NCBI GenBank assembly: GCA_964016885.1
Contig: OZ024740.1
Location: forward strand, 38,812,001 to 38,876,000
DNA length: 64,000 nt
Reading direction: 5' to 3'
Source: Eledone cirrhosa
Lineage: Eukaryota
Shown here: positions 30,246 through 45,619 of the stretch, in pieces
Numbering within the stretch: the stretch's first letter is position 1
How the letters are laid out: each line of letters begins with the position of its first letter
Translations under genes and position numbers: made by a program
Notes under the pieces: generated by a model
What the model saw: the letters and a program-made list of their open reading frames with translations, nothing else
Told to the model about the DNA's origin: nothing
Database searches by the model: none

Positions 30246-32149
30246 CGTTTGTCTAAGTAATATTAACTCACAGGTTCTTTTCAAAACTATTTTCTTATCA
30301 AGTAATTGCCAGACAATATGATTGATATTATTGTGTATTGATCAAAATTATTCATGTGTGTGTATTTATATATATAGAGAGAGAGTGGGGGAGAAAGTGG
30401 GGTTAAATTTTACTCTTTACTTTGATATGTTGATAGTATTAGTTTTATTGAAAGACAAAGGCTAATGTCAATCAATTCAGACACTAACTAGCTCTGCAAT
30501 TGTTAATATATCTTAAAGACCTTGTTTCCTACAAGATATATCAAGACAGGTTTTATTTTGTTATAAGTACACATGCAGTAAGTCATTAAAGAGTATGTTT
30601 ACATTCCATGTATGCCACACTCATTCTCCACAGGTTGTTACAGTAACTTATTATATCCTCACCAAAAACAATGCTGCCAAAAATGAAATAATTACAGTTT
30701 ATTGGCCTCTTTTCAACATTGCTCTAGGTTGTATTGGATAAAAGCATAACGTAACCAAAATTATCAACAGAATAAGAATATCTGCAAGAGCATTAATTGT
30801 AAATACAATATAGGTATAGCTTTATATATAGAAAACTCAATATAGATATAGCTTTATTATAAATATAATACAGGTATAGCTTTATATATTGTAAATGCAA
30901 TATAGTTATAGCTTTATTAAATATAACTTCTGCATTTAGATCAGAATTATTCATGAATCAAGTAGAGTAATAATAGAAAGGATACTTTGTGGGTTTCAAA
31001 TTAAAAAAATAAAGCCAATATTTTAAAAGATGCAAGCATCAAATAGTATAAGTTATAACAATTCTATCTATGTTGAGCCACAATGATAGAGTAAAAATAG
31101 TTGAGTAAGGTTTTAAGTAAGCAGTCTTATTTTAATCACAAATATATATCATCATCGTTATTTTAGGTCCACTTTCCATGCTGGCTGGTGGCCACATCTT
31201 GCTTACATACATTCTTCACTTTACAGAATGCAACAAGTGCATTTTATCGTAGCATCAACACTAGGGAGTTTGTCACATCTTTGACACAACTGAAGAGTCC
31301 TCTCAACCTTATATTTGGCCAGTTTTCTACCACTGGTTGTCCTTTTACCTCTAACCCCTTTACAAAATATATAGGGTGTGATTTATCATGTCACCAACAT
31401 TAGAGACTGTCATGTCCTTGATACAACTGAAGAGTTTCTCAACATTTAGCTAGGAACTTCTCCAATAAAATATGAGTTAGATAAGACACAGTGAATCTAG
31501 CTCCAGATGCGCCACAAATACAAAGAATTTAAAAAGTCTAAGACTAAGAAAATTTAAGATTTTTACAACCAAATTATTTCAATAATCAAATTTATTAAAA
31601 TGTCCAAGAATAACTAGAATGAGGTTCTAGATGTCTTAGGATCTGAGATCTTTCTGTTTAGTTTTATTAAATGTATGAAATGTAGCAAAGAATCATGTTT
31701 CAAATGTCCTTGTAACAAAATAACATAATCTTTCCTTTTAACTCTCATCTTTTATTTCATCTCAACTATAGAAAGTAAAGCCAAAATATAAACTACTGTA
31801 TTGATACTTCTGCTACCTCCTTCATATTTACCAAAGACAGTTGTAAATAAGTGACACAACCCTTCAAGCTATCAGCAGGTAACACAAACTGATAAAGTTC
31901 ACACAACAAGGTAGCTACTGAAACCATTATCATCATCATTTAATGTCAGTTTTTTAGCATGGGTTGGATAGCTTGTCACAGGCAGAGTCAGTACTCAAGC
32001 AGAGCAACTGACCTCCTAGATGAGCCAGGGGACTGCATCTTATTTATGTATGTTTATGTCCTCTACTGAGAGCTCAGATGAGCCAGAGCTGACATTTGGT
32101 CTACTTACATTTCTGTGCTCTACTAAATGCATTTTATTAAGGCACCAGC

Positions 32150-33376
32150 AAGATCCTGGAGACCACAAGAGACACCTGCCTGACGAAGTTGATTGAAAGC
32201 ATACTTGAAAACAGACACTTCTTTGTTGAGATAGGAGGGAAGAAAAGCAGATGGTGAAGAGTCAAGAATGGCCTCCCACAAGGAAGTGTGCTTGCACCAC
32301 TTCTCTTCAACATCTACACCAACGACCAACCAAAAAGGTGCAGACATCCGCCGCTTCATCTATGCAGATGATTTTGGCATAGGTGCACAAGACACTGATT
32401 TCAAAGTTGAAGAAGATAGCTCTTCCAGAGCATTGGAGAGTCTAACACCTTATTATGAAGAGAACCCCCTGCATGCAAATCCATCTAAGACACAGGTGTG
32501 TGTGCTTTCCACCTACGGAACCGTGAAGCAAAGCACTAACTGAAGGTTAACGGGTCAGGAAACCCCCCTTGAACACTGTGAGTACCCAGTCTATCTAGGT
32601 GTAACTCTGGACAGGTGTCTCTCTTTTAAGATTGACATTGAGAAGACCGAGTGCAAAGTGAATGCGAGGAACAACATCATCCGCAAGCTTACTGGCACAA
32701 CGCCACAGACTCTGAAGTCAATGGCACTAGCTCTCTGCTACTCAGCTGCCGAGTATACATGCCCAGTATGGGAGTGAGCGGTCCATGTCCAGAAGCTAGA
32801 ACCTGCCCTCAATGCTAGCTGCCGCCTCATCAAAGGCTGCCTGAAATCTACGCCTACAGACCGCCTGCATATCCTGGCAGAGATACGATGAAGTGCAGCA
32901 AGCAAGAAAGAACATCAACAACAGATTACAGATCAAAAACATCCTCTCTTCAGCCGTGTGACAGCCAAAAGCTGCCTTAAATCCAAGAAAAGTTTCCTAA
33001 AGAGCGTCACACCCCTTGGAACATCAAGCATAAATAGTGAAAGAGTCACTCGCTGGGAAGAAAAACTTAACAACCTCCCATCTAAAGGCAAGTGAGGCAC
33101 TGCCCCCGAAGCAGATACAAACTGTGCAGTGTGGAAATGCCTCAACAGATTAAGATATGGGGCTGTTCATGCAAAAGCCAATCTGACAAAATGGGGATAT
33201 TTAAAGGATGCGGACATTGTGTGACGGCGGCATCGAACCACAGATGACAAAACACCTCCTGATATGTCCCCCTGCACAGCATTGGACAATTGGCAGAATT
33301 TAATGAGAAAAGACAGCAATGTGTTCAGCCAAGCTTTGTAGCCAACACTCTTGTGGACACAATAAGGAGAAGAAGC
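32150..33376 (+). mobile_element. Decayed Vingi/Ingi-like LINE, 3' part
   Basis: Frameshifted motifs KNGLPQGSVLAPLLFNIYTNDQP, RRFIYADD, ANPSKTQV, FHLRNREA, PVYLGVTLDRCLSFK, CLNRLRYG..KWGY; short purine-rich tail. Confidence 0.75.
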
Positions 33377-34741
33377 TGGGAGGTTTTTATGGCCTGATGC
33401 CCTTCCTGGGTGCATTTAACACATATATCACCAACAATAAGGAGGTTGTCATGTCTTTGATACAACTGAAGAGTTTTTCAGATCCTTTTATTGGCAATTG
33501 AAAAAGTCGAGAACAATAAATCCAACAAAATGTATGAAATTGGAAGGAATATATTATGAACAAAGTATTCATGAATTGTTGTCATAACAAGAATAATCTA
33601 ATAATACATGGCATAGTTTCCATAGAGTGCAACTGATAATGACATTTGGAAGTAAACCAAGTACATCTTATCAATCTATATTCATTGAACTGCATGTTTA
33701 TGTCAGAAAGTACATCTCATATTATCATCATCATCACCATTACCATCACTGTCTAATGTCTATTTCCTATGCTTGTATGGGTAAGACAGGTAGTCACGCT
33801 ATGAGACAAGTCAACTCGGGTGATTTATATCTGACTTGGTTTCTATGACTACATGCCCCCTCTAATGCCAACCACCTTACAAGGTTGACTAGGTGCTTTT
33901 TAGTTTTGTCAACAAAACAACCACCTTACAGGGAACACAACCAATCAATCTGTATTAAATTACATATTAATATCTGAATGAACCAAGTACATCTCATAAT
34001 CAATCTATATTAATTGAATTGCATGTCAGTGCTTGAATGAACAATGTATTTGGTGAGAGAAGCAAATTAGGATATTTTGGAGAAAATATTCTTCAGAGAA
34101 TTGTCCTTGGTTTATTTTTTAATGGCTGTAAATATTTTACAGATTTTGTGTAGAATGAGTGGAAAGATTTGGGCATATTTTGAACTCTGCATTGTTTTGT
34201 ATTTTGATTGGGTTTAAAACATATTTTAACTGCTTTTATTGAAAATGTAATAACATAAATCTGAAAATCAACTTTTATTATGATATTAGCAGCTCTCTCA
34301 TGTCATTAAGATTATCTAATTAGTTGAGATAGTGCCATTTCTATACTAATTAATTATCAGAGTAAATATATTTTACATTCATCCAGTCTGAAATAATAAT
34401 ATGACAGTATTTGTGTCCTCTTTCACAGATTACTGAGTCTTATAAACTAGCCATCTCCACATAGTTTATAAGAATTAGTGGTGTTAATATACCAGTAAAA
34501 TCTGAAGGTAATTATCTACAGACACCACCATATCATAATACAAGTCATGCAAAAACATTATCAGAGAAAGTGATGTACAATCTGTAAATATTCCATTTGT
34601 GTAAACAAACTTCCATGCTCATGTAAATCTCTATGGCAGGAAACTTCATTACAGGAACATCAAAACCAACTTCAAATGTAACTACCTCACAATCTAATGT
34701 CAAGGTAAAATTATAACAACCAACAGAACAAGTAAATATAT

Positions 34742-34970
34742 TTAACCCTTTAGCATTTAAACCGGCTGTACCCGGCCAGAATTCTCTCACCCCTTTCTGT
34801 TCAAACCAGCCATAACCAGCTGTTCATACTTATGTTAAGGTATTGTTCTCAAAATAAATAATATCAAAAGCTCATAGATTCAATATTATGCGAGATAATT
34901 GTGCGAGATAAAGTGTTTACCATGAAAATACAATAGTATATATAGAGTAATGTAAATGCTAAAGGGTTAA
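34742..34970 (-). mobile_element. piggyBac-like MITE copy (opposite orientation)
   Basis: TTAACCCTTTAGCATTTA...TAAATGCTAAAGGGTTAA. Confidence 0.88.
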
Positions 34971-35836
34971 TCTACACCTAGTAGTACAGTATAGTAGTGG
35001 CAAGGTAAAACTATAACAATCAGTAGATCAGGTAAATATATTTAATCTACACCTAGTAGTACAGTATAGTAGTGGCAAGGTAAAACTATAACAATCAGTA
35101 GATCAGGTAAATATATTTAATCTACACCTAGTAGTACAGTATAGTAGTGGCAAGGTAAAACTATAACAATCAGTAGATCAGGTAAATATATTTAATCTAC
35201 ACCTAGTAGTACAGTATAGTAGTGGCAAGGTAAAACTATAACAATCAGTAGATCAGGTAAATATATTTAATCTACACCTAGTAGTACAGTATAGTAGTGG
35301 CAAGGTAAAACTATAACAATCAGTAGATCAGGTAAATATATTTAATCTACACCTAGTAGTACAGTATAGTAGTGGCAAGGTAAAACTATAACAATCAGTA
35401 GATCAGGTAAATATATTTAATCTACACCTAGTAGTACAGTATAGTAGTGGCAAGGTAAAACTATAACAATCAGTAGATCAGGTAAATATATTTAATCTAC
35501 ACCTAGTAGTACAGTATAGTAGTGGCAAGGTAAAACTATAACAATCAGTAGATCAGGTAAATATATTTAATCTACACCTAGTAGTACAGTATAGTAGTGG
35601 CAAGGTAAAACTATAACAATCAGTAGATCAGGTAAATATATTTAATCTACACCTAGTAGTACAGTATAGTAGTCCCAAGATAAAACTATAACAATCAGTA
35701 GATCAGGTAAATATATTTAATCTACACCTAGTAGTACAGTATAGTAGTCCCAAGATAAAACTATAACAATCAGTAGATCAGGTAAATATATTTAATCTAC
35801 ACCTAGTAGTACAGTATAGTAGTGCCAAGGTAAATC
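34968..35836. repeat. 75-bp tandem repeat, ~11.5 near-identical copies
   Basis: TCTACACCTAGTAGTACAG... recurs at 34971, 35046, 35121 and onward. Confidence 0.97.
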
Positions 35837-36112
35837 TCTAGAGAAAGAAACGTTTCATCTAAAATTATTCATATAATGATGGAACTTCTACATAATAGCA
35901 GGTTATCTTTCACCCCCCCCCTCCATTTTTTGTTGTCAACTATTTCCGAAAAAAATATATATTTAAAAGTATTGAACAATGAACCAGCAACATAGGTGAA
36001 ATTAATCTTTTTATTCATTTTAAGCTTGTTTCACTAATAACAGAAAACACCAATTGCAGATATACATACATTTGTTTTTAAAACAAAAATATTAATTGTG
36101 ATATATATATAT

Positions 36113-36436
36113 GGAGGCACATGGCTTAGTGGTTAGAGCATTGACCTTGCAATCGAAAGGTTGTGAGTTCAATTCTCAGACCGGGTGATGTGTTGTTTCC
36201 TTGAGCAAGACACTTTATTTCACATTGCTCCAGAAATGAGATGATAGGACTGGGGTCCATATCATTCCACTGTAAAGTGGTCGTGGAGGTGCCACGGCAA
36301 AAAAGCACTCAGCACTCACTGTAAATGAGGTTGGTGTTAGCAAGGGCATCCAGCTGTAGAAATCAAGCCAGAATCAGTTCCCGTCCCACCCTTGCAAGCA
36401 GGGAAAAGCGGACGTAAAATGAAATGATGATGATGA
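36113..36436 (+). mobile_element. tRNA-CORE SINE with an RTE-derived 3' tail
   Basis: A box TGGCTTAGTGG; B box GAGTTCAATTC; CORE-like TGTTTCCTTGAGCAAGACACTTTA; tail GGTTGGTGTTAG.AAGGGCATCCAGCTGTAGAAA...(GAT)n shared with the RTE LINE. Confidence 0.9.
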
Positions 36437-38018
<1,582 letters not shown>

Positions 38019-38064
38019 TATATATATATACACATTTGTTTTTCAAACAAAAATATTAATTGAG

Positions 38065-38095
<31 letters not shown>

Positions 38096-38124
38096 CATTT
38101 GTTTTTCAAACAAAAATATTAATT

Positions 38125-38170
<46 letters not shown>

Positions 38171-38174
<4 letters not shown>

Positions 38175-41100
38175 CATTACCTTCTAGCTTAATTCCTAAC
38201 GTATTTTCAAACCTCAATCCCTAATTCTAGCGTATCTTCAAAACAAAAAAAACAAAATCCTTTCCTTCTTCCTTCTTCGAAGGCATGGGGCGGTCAAACG
38301 CCTAACACACACAACCATCATGCGGCCACCCACCCCCCCCTCTCTCTCTCTATATATATATATATGAGAGGAATTCACTTCGCCAAATTACATTGCTTGC
38401 TGTCTCTAACCCACGATATTCATGTAACGTAATGTACAGATTTCATTTCTCTCCCTCCACAAATCCTAATTCTAGCGTATTTTAATTCTAATTCTAGCGT
38501 ATTTTCAAAACAATCCATATTTCGTATCAAGTCCAAATAGCCAATCTATCGCTAAAACAAACTACATTTTTTGTTTCTATTAATTGTTAAATACGAAAGT
38601 TTTTGGTCGTATTGAACAGAACAAATTTTGTATTTTTGTTAATCGCTTGTTAAATGCAAGGACCCCATTCAATCATTACCTTCTAGCTTAATTCCTAACG
38701 TATTTTCAAACCTCAATCCCTAATTCTAGCGTATCTTCAAAACAAAAAAAACAAAATCCTTTCCTTCTTCCTTCTTCGAAGGCATGGGGCGGTCAAACGC
38801 CTAACACACACAACCATCATGCGGCCACCCCCCTCTCTCTCTCTATATATATATATATGATAGGAATTCACTTCGCCAAATTACATTGCTTGCTGTCTCT
38901 AACCCACGATATTCATGTAACGTAATGTACAGATTTCATTTCTCTCCCTCCACAAATCCTAATTCTAGCGTATTTTAATTCTAATTCTAGCGTATTTTCA
39001 AAACAATCCATATTTCGTATCAAGTCCAAATAGCCAATCTATCGCTAAAACAAACTACATTTTTTGTTTCTATTAATTGTTAAATACGAAAGTTTTTGGT
39101 CGTATTGAACAGAACAAATTTTGTATTTTTGTTAATCGCTTGTTAAATGCAAGGACCCCATTCAATCATTACCTTCTAGCTTAATTCCTAACGTATTTTC
39201 AAACCTCAATCCCTAATTCTAGCGTATCTTCAAAACAAAAAAAACAAAATCCTTTCCTTCTTCCTTCTTCGAAGACATGGGGCGGTCAAACGCCTAACAC
39301 ACACAACCATCATGCGCCCCCCTCTCTCTCTCTCTATATATATATATGATAGGAATTCACTTCGCCAAATTACATTGCTTGCTGTCTCTAAACCACGATA
39401 TTCATGTAACGTAATGTACAGATTTCATTTCTCTCCCTCCACAAATCCTAATTCTAGCGTATTTTAATTCTAATTCTAGCGTACTTTCAAAACAATCCAT
39501 ATTTCGTATCAAGTCCAAATAGCCAATCTATCGCTAAAACAAACTACATTTTTTGTTTCTATTAATTGTTAAATAGGAAAGTTTTTGGTCGTATTGAACA
39601 GAACAAATTTTGTATTTTTGTTAATCGCTTGTTAAATGCAAGGACCCCATTCAATCATTACCTTCTAGCTTAATTCCTAACGTATTTTCAAACCTCAATC
39701 CCTAATTCTAGCGTATCTTCAAAACAAAAAAAACAAAATCCTTTCCTTCTTCCTTCTTCGAAGGCATGGGGCGGTCAAACGCCTAACACACACAACCATC
39801 ATGCGCCCCCCCTCTCTCTCTCTCTATATATATATATGATAGGAATTCACTTCGCCAAATTACATTGCTTGCTGTCTCTAACCCACGATATTCATGTAAC
39901 GTAATGTACAGATTTCATTTCTCTCCCTCCACAAATCCTAATTCTAGCGTATTTTAATTCTAATTCTAGCGTATTTTCAAAACAATCCATATTTCGTATC
40001 AAGTCCAAATAGCCAATCTATCGCTAAAACAAACTACATTTTTTGTTTCTATTAATTGTTAAATACGAAAGTTTTTGGTCGTATTGAACAGAACAAATTT
40101 TGTATTTTTGTTAATCGCTTGTTAAATGCAAGGACCCCATTCAATCATTACCTTCTAGCTTAATTGCTAACGTATTTTCAAACCTCAATCCCTAATTCTA
40201 GCGTATCTTCAAAACAAAAAAAACAAAATCCTTTCCTTCTTCCTTCTTCGAAGGCATGGGGCGGTCAAACGCCTAACACACACAACCATCATGCGGCCAC
40301 CCCCCTCTCTCTCTCTATATATATATGATAGGAATTCACTTCGCCAAATTACATTGCTTGCTGTCTCTAAACCACGATATTCATGTAACGTAATGTACAG
40401 ATTTCATTTCTCTCCCTCCACAAATCCTAATTCTAGCGTATTTTAATTCTAATTCTAGCGTATTTTCAAAACAATCCATATTTCATATCAAGTCCAAATA
40501 GCCAATCTATCGCTAAAACAAACTACATTTTTTGTTTCTATTAATTGTTAAATACGAAAGTTTTTGGTCGTATTGAACAGAACAAATTTTGTATTTTTGT
40601 TAATCGCTTGTTAAATGCAAGGACCCCATTCAATCATTACCTTCTAGCTTAATTCCTAACGTATTTTCAAACCTCAATCCCTAATTCTAGCGTATCTTCA
40701 AAACAAAAAAAACAAAATCCTTTCCTTCTTTCTTCTTCGAAGGCATGGGGCGGTCAAACGCCTAACACACACAACCATCATGCGGCCACCCCCCTCTCTC
40801 TCTCTATATATATATATATATGATAGGAATTCACTTCGCCAAATTACATTGCTTGCTGTCGCTAACCCACGATATTCATGTAACGTAATGTACAGATTTC
40901 ATTTCTCTCCCTCCACAAATCCTAATTCTAGCGTATTTTAATTCTAATTCTAGCGTATTTTCAAAACAATCCATATTTCGTATCAAGTCCAAATAGCCAA
41001 TCTATCGCTAAAACAAACTACATTTTTTGTTTCTATTAATTGTTAAATACGAAAGTTTTTGGTCGTATTGAACAGAACAAATTTTGTATTTTTGTTAATC

Positions 41101-41636
41101 GCTTGTTAAATGCAAGGACCCCATTCAATCATTACCTTCTAGCTTAATTCCTAACGTATTTTCAAACCTCAATCCCTAATTCTAGCGTATCTTCAAAACA
41201 AAAAAAACAAAATCCTTTCCTTCTTCCTTCTTCGAAGGCATGGGGCGGTCAAACGCCTAACACACACAACCATCATGCGCCCCCCCCTCTCTCTCTCTCT
41301 ATATATATATATATGATAGGAATTCACTTCGCCAAATTACATTGCTTGCTGTCTCTAAACCACGATATTCATGTAACGTAATGTACAGATTTCATTTCTC
41401 TCCCTCCACAAATCCTAATTCTAGCGTATTTTAATTCTAATTCTAGCGTATTTTCAAAACAATCCATATTTCGTATCAAGTCCAAATAGCCAATCTATCG
41501 CTAAAACAAACTACATTTTTTGTTTCTATTAATTGTTAAATACGAAAGTTTTTGGTCGTATTGAACAGAACAAATTTTGTATTTTTGTTAATCGCTTGTT
41601 AAATGCAAGGACCCCATTCAATCATTACCTTCTAGC
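38171..41636. repeat. ~493-bp tandem array, 7 complete units
   Basis: Unit starts (CAATCATTACCTTCTAGCT) at 38171, 38670, 39163, 39652, 40142, 40631, 41126 and 41619. Units are nearly identical apart from an internal (C)n(CT)n(TA)n tract. Confidence 0.97.
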
Positions 41637-41658
41637 TAGCTACCCAACACCCCTCCCA

Positions 41659-41754
41659 CCCCCACGCACCACCATTGCTATTACGTGGACCAATCATAAA
41701 ACAGAGCCCCCACGCATCACCAGTATTATTACGCGGACCAATCAGAAGCCAGAG
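41659..41754 (+). promoter_or_regulatory. Two 48-bp direct repeats, each with a GGACCAATCA (NF-Y type CCAAT) box, upstream of the RTE ORF
   Basis: GGACCAATCA at 41687-41696 and 41735-41744; function inferred only. Confidence 0.45.
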
Positions 41755-41864
41755 GCCTATACCATCGCTTGCCTGGTTGCCTTTCGATATATGATGGATG
41801 GATGGACTGCGGAATCCTGGAGAGTGGAGGAGAGAGAGAGAAAAATCTGGACGCTCAAGCGACA

Positions 41865-44800
41865 ATGCCAAAGATAAAGACAAATTCACCTCTTGGACGA
41901 GAATGCGAGCACTCATTGTTTCGACCGCGGACGGCTAACATAACTCCATCGCCCCCCGCCCCCCACCGCCCCCAACCCCCAAACGCAATCCAAAACTTCA
42001 GAGTTGGTACCATAAATGTAGGCACCTAAAAGGGTCGCGCTAACGAGGTTGTAGAAATGCTTGAACGTAAGGAGGTCGATGTTTGTTGTATTCAAGAGAC
42101 CAGGTGGAGGGGTGGGTCTGCTAGGTTCATTGAGGGTAAAAAACGATGTTATAAGCTTTTCTGGGTGGGAAACGACGATGGGCTGGGTGGAGTAGGGATC
42201 ATGGTAGCAGAAAAGTGGGCAGATAAGATAATAGACGTAAATAGAGTGAACGACAGTATAATTAAAATACGACTTGTCCTCAATAGAACTACGGTGACAG
42301 TAATATCTGCGTACGCACCCCAATCCGGACTGCCCGGCACTATAAAAGACAGATTCTATGAGACACTGATGCTAACTACCTCCCAAATATACGACAGTGA
42401 CTATATAATTATCGCAGGCGACCTAAATGGTCACGTTGGACAACATTGTGACGGCTACGACGAAATCCATGGAGGCTATGGGTTTGGTACTAGAAATGAG
42501 GAAGGCTCCAGAATCCTGGAATTCTGTGATGCAAATAACCTAACTATCTGTAACACTAACTTCAAAAAACGTGACAATCACCTGATCACCTATAGATCCG
42601 GGGTACACACAAGCCAGGTAGATTATATCCTTACCAGAAGACGTGACAGAGTGTCTGTTGTAAACACTAAATCCCTCCCCCATGAAGAATGCACCTCCCA
42701 ACATAGACTGATAATTAGCGACCTCATAGTCAGGACGAGACGTACTCGACAGCAGAAGAGGACTATCCTCAGGAGAAAAATATGGAAGCTAAAGGACCCC
42801 ACAGCCAGGAATAAATTTCAAAGCATATTACTTGATGCTTTCGACAGTAAGGAAGAACATTTAGAGTCGGACAATATAGAGGGAGAGTGGGAATTTCTGA
42901 AAGCAAACCTGCTGTTGGCGACAGACGAAGTCTGTGGCTGGAGCAGGCCTGTAGGCAGGAGGAGAGTAACATGGTGGTGGAACAGTAAGGTGGAGGGGTC
43001 AATTAAGGCCAAAAAGCAGGCTTGGAAAGTATGGCGGGATGGGGGAAGTAGAGAAGACTATCAAGTGGCCAGGAGGGAAGCTAGGAGACAAGTGTACTTA
43101 GCAAGAAGGGAAGCTGAGGAAAGAAAGTTCAAGCATGTTCTACAACGCGATGACCAAAAACGTGAGGTGTTCAGGATTGCTAGGCAATGCGTCAAGGAAA
43201 ACCGTGATATTGTCGGGGAGAAGTGTGTACTAAACGACGATGGCACACTTGCCATCACCGACGCTGATAAGAAGGTAGCTTGGAAGTGTCACTATGAAAG
43301 GCTACTAAATGAGGAGAATAAATGGGAGAAAGACAGTCTCCCCCATATCGACCCAATAGAGGGACCAGCAGTGTTAGTCGAGGGGAGTATAATAAGTAAG
43401 GCAATCAAGGATATGAAGACGGGTAAGGCGGCTGGGCCTTCGGAAATAGTTGCTGAGATGCTGAAGGCATCTGGCACGGTGGGACACACCATGGTCACCC
43501 GCATAGTTAACCAAGTCGTACAGAATGGGGTTGTTCCGAAGGACTGGCATAGCAGCATCATCGTTAACTGTTATAAGGGTAAAGGAGACGCCCTAGATAG
43601 GAGTAACTATAGAGGCATTAAATTAATCGACCAGGTCATGAAGGTCACGGAAAAAGTAATAGCGCAACTAATCAGAGAGAGAATTGACCTAGATGAAATG
43701 CAGTTCGGGTTTGTGTCAGGCAAAAGTACCACAGACGCTCTTTTCATAGTACGACAACTACAGGAGAAGTACCTAGCTAAAGGTAAACCCCTCTACTTAG
43801 CTTTTGTCGACTTGGAGAAAGCCTTCGACAGAGTCCCCCGCTCCATTATCTGGTGGGCGCTTAGAAAACTAGGCGTTGACGAATGGCTTATGAGGGCTAT
43901 ACAAGCCATGTATAAAGAAACAGCCAGCAAGGTCAGAATTAACAACGAATATAGTGAAGAGTTTAGCGTAAAAGTTGGCGTCCATCAGGGCTCTGTTCTC
44001 AGCCCACTACTATTTATTATTGCCCTTCAGGCTATAACAGAGGAGTTCAAGACAGGCTGCCCATGGGAACTCCTATACGCAGACGGCCTGACACTCATAG
44101 CGGAATCAATGGCCGAGCTAGAGAAGAAATTCCAAACATGGAAGCACGGCCTAGAGTCAAAAGGACTTAAAATTAACCTGGCTAAGACCAAAGTACTAGT
44201 TTGTAAGAAAGAAAACAAGGCGGCGGTCCCTTCTGGGAAATGGTCGTGCTCGGTGTGTAGGAAAGGCGTAGGTAGAAACTCCATTTTATGTCCTAAATGC
44301 AAAGTATGGGTGCATAAAAGATGTAGTGGGATCACAGGTAAGCTAACTAAGAACATAGATTTTACATGTGGCCGGTGCTCTGGTGCAATAAGTAGCAGCA
44401 AGTGCCCACAAAATACTAGCTCTTTCAATTGCGCAGAGGGTTCTATAGAAATAGTGGACAGCTTCCGTTACCTGGGCGATAAAATCAGCAGTGGGGGAGG
44501 GTGCTCTGAAAGTACTGTAGCTAGAGTCAGAACTGGTTGGAAAAAGTTCAGAGGGCTTATACCACTATTAGCTGCTAAAGGGTTCTCACTAAAAATGAAA
44601 GGCAGGTTGTACGATGCCTGCATACGAACAGCAATGCTGCATGGCAGTGAGACCTGGGCATTGTGTGCAGAGGATATACGCAGACTAGAGAGGAACGAAG
44701 CTTGCATGCACCGCTGGATGTGTAACAGTAATATACGTGAACGGCAAAGCATAAACGAACTAAGGAAACAATTAGAGATAAGAGGGATCAGATGTTGTTT

Positions 44801-45032
44801 ACTCGAGAGAAGGCTACGTTGGTATGGACACGTGATGCGCATGAAAGTCGATAGCTGTATAACAAAGTGCAGGGCAATAAAGATAGACGGTAGTCACGGA
44901 ATAGGCAGACCTAGAAAAACCTGGGACGAGCTGATAAACTCCGACATCACACACTTACACCTCTCCAAGACATTGTCACTGGACCGAGACCTTTGGCGGT
45001 ACTCAGTAACAGAGAAGACCCGCCTTACCTAA
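41865..45032 (+). pseudogene. RTE ORF (APE endonuclease, RT with embedded PHD finger); in-frame TAA at 42027-42029 and YADD changed to YADG
   Basis: ORFs 41769-42029 and 42057-45032 share a frame (VGTINVGT*KGR). Motifs CCIQETRW, SAYAPQ, GDLNGHVG, VDYIL, SQHRL, NYRGIKL, QFGF, FVDLEKAFD, HQGSVLSP, LLYADG, FRYLG. The start codon position is a guess. Confidence 0.9.
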
Positions 45033-45619
45033 ATATATAGTAAAACCTACTCCAGCCAGTGGGCATCTCTAACAAAATACACCCCGTCCCACCACCACCA
45101 CCCCCACCCCATCCACACCACCCCGTTCTATGTAAAGTTATGTTGGTGCCGCGCCATCGAGGCCGAAACAAATGAGATCGTGTAGGTGTCACGACAAAAA
45201 AACACACAGTCCACGCTGTAATGTGGCCGTGTAGGCAACACGGTAAAAACCTCCCAGACCCACACTGTAAATGTGGTTGGTGTTAGGAAGGGCATCCAAC
45301 TGTAGAAAACCTGCCAGACAGTCCTATGCGAGCAAGACAATCACTCTTGCCTCAAGTGGGACTACCCCCGTCCAAACCCATGCAAGCGTGGAACACGGAC
45401 GTTAAACGTTGATGATGATGATGATGATGATACATACATTTGTTTTTAAAACAAAAATATCTTCAAAATTGAAATGGTAAAAGTTATCAGATCGCCGAAA
45501 ATGAAAAATTTGTATAACATCCACAAAAATCAGTTGAGACCGAAAGAAGTATATATTTTCTATAGAGGAGATAATTAGACTATTTTACCATAGACATTTT
45601 TGCTCTACATAATTATTTA

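Larger units (their letters stand above)
41637..45430 (+). mobile_element. Near full-length RTE-clade LINE (5' boundary uncertain)
   Basis: APE endonuclease + RT ORF, 3' UTR and (GAT)n tail ending at 45430. Confidence 0.93.

Noticed and set aside
36113-36190. tRNA-like sequences at SINE heads (also 50602, 50946, 58921)
   Set aside because: They continue into CORE and tail sequence, occur in multiple diverged copies and lack a complete cloverleaf, so they are SINE heads rather than tRNA genes.
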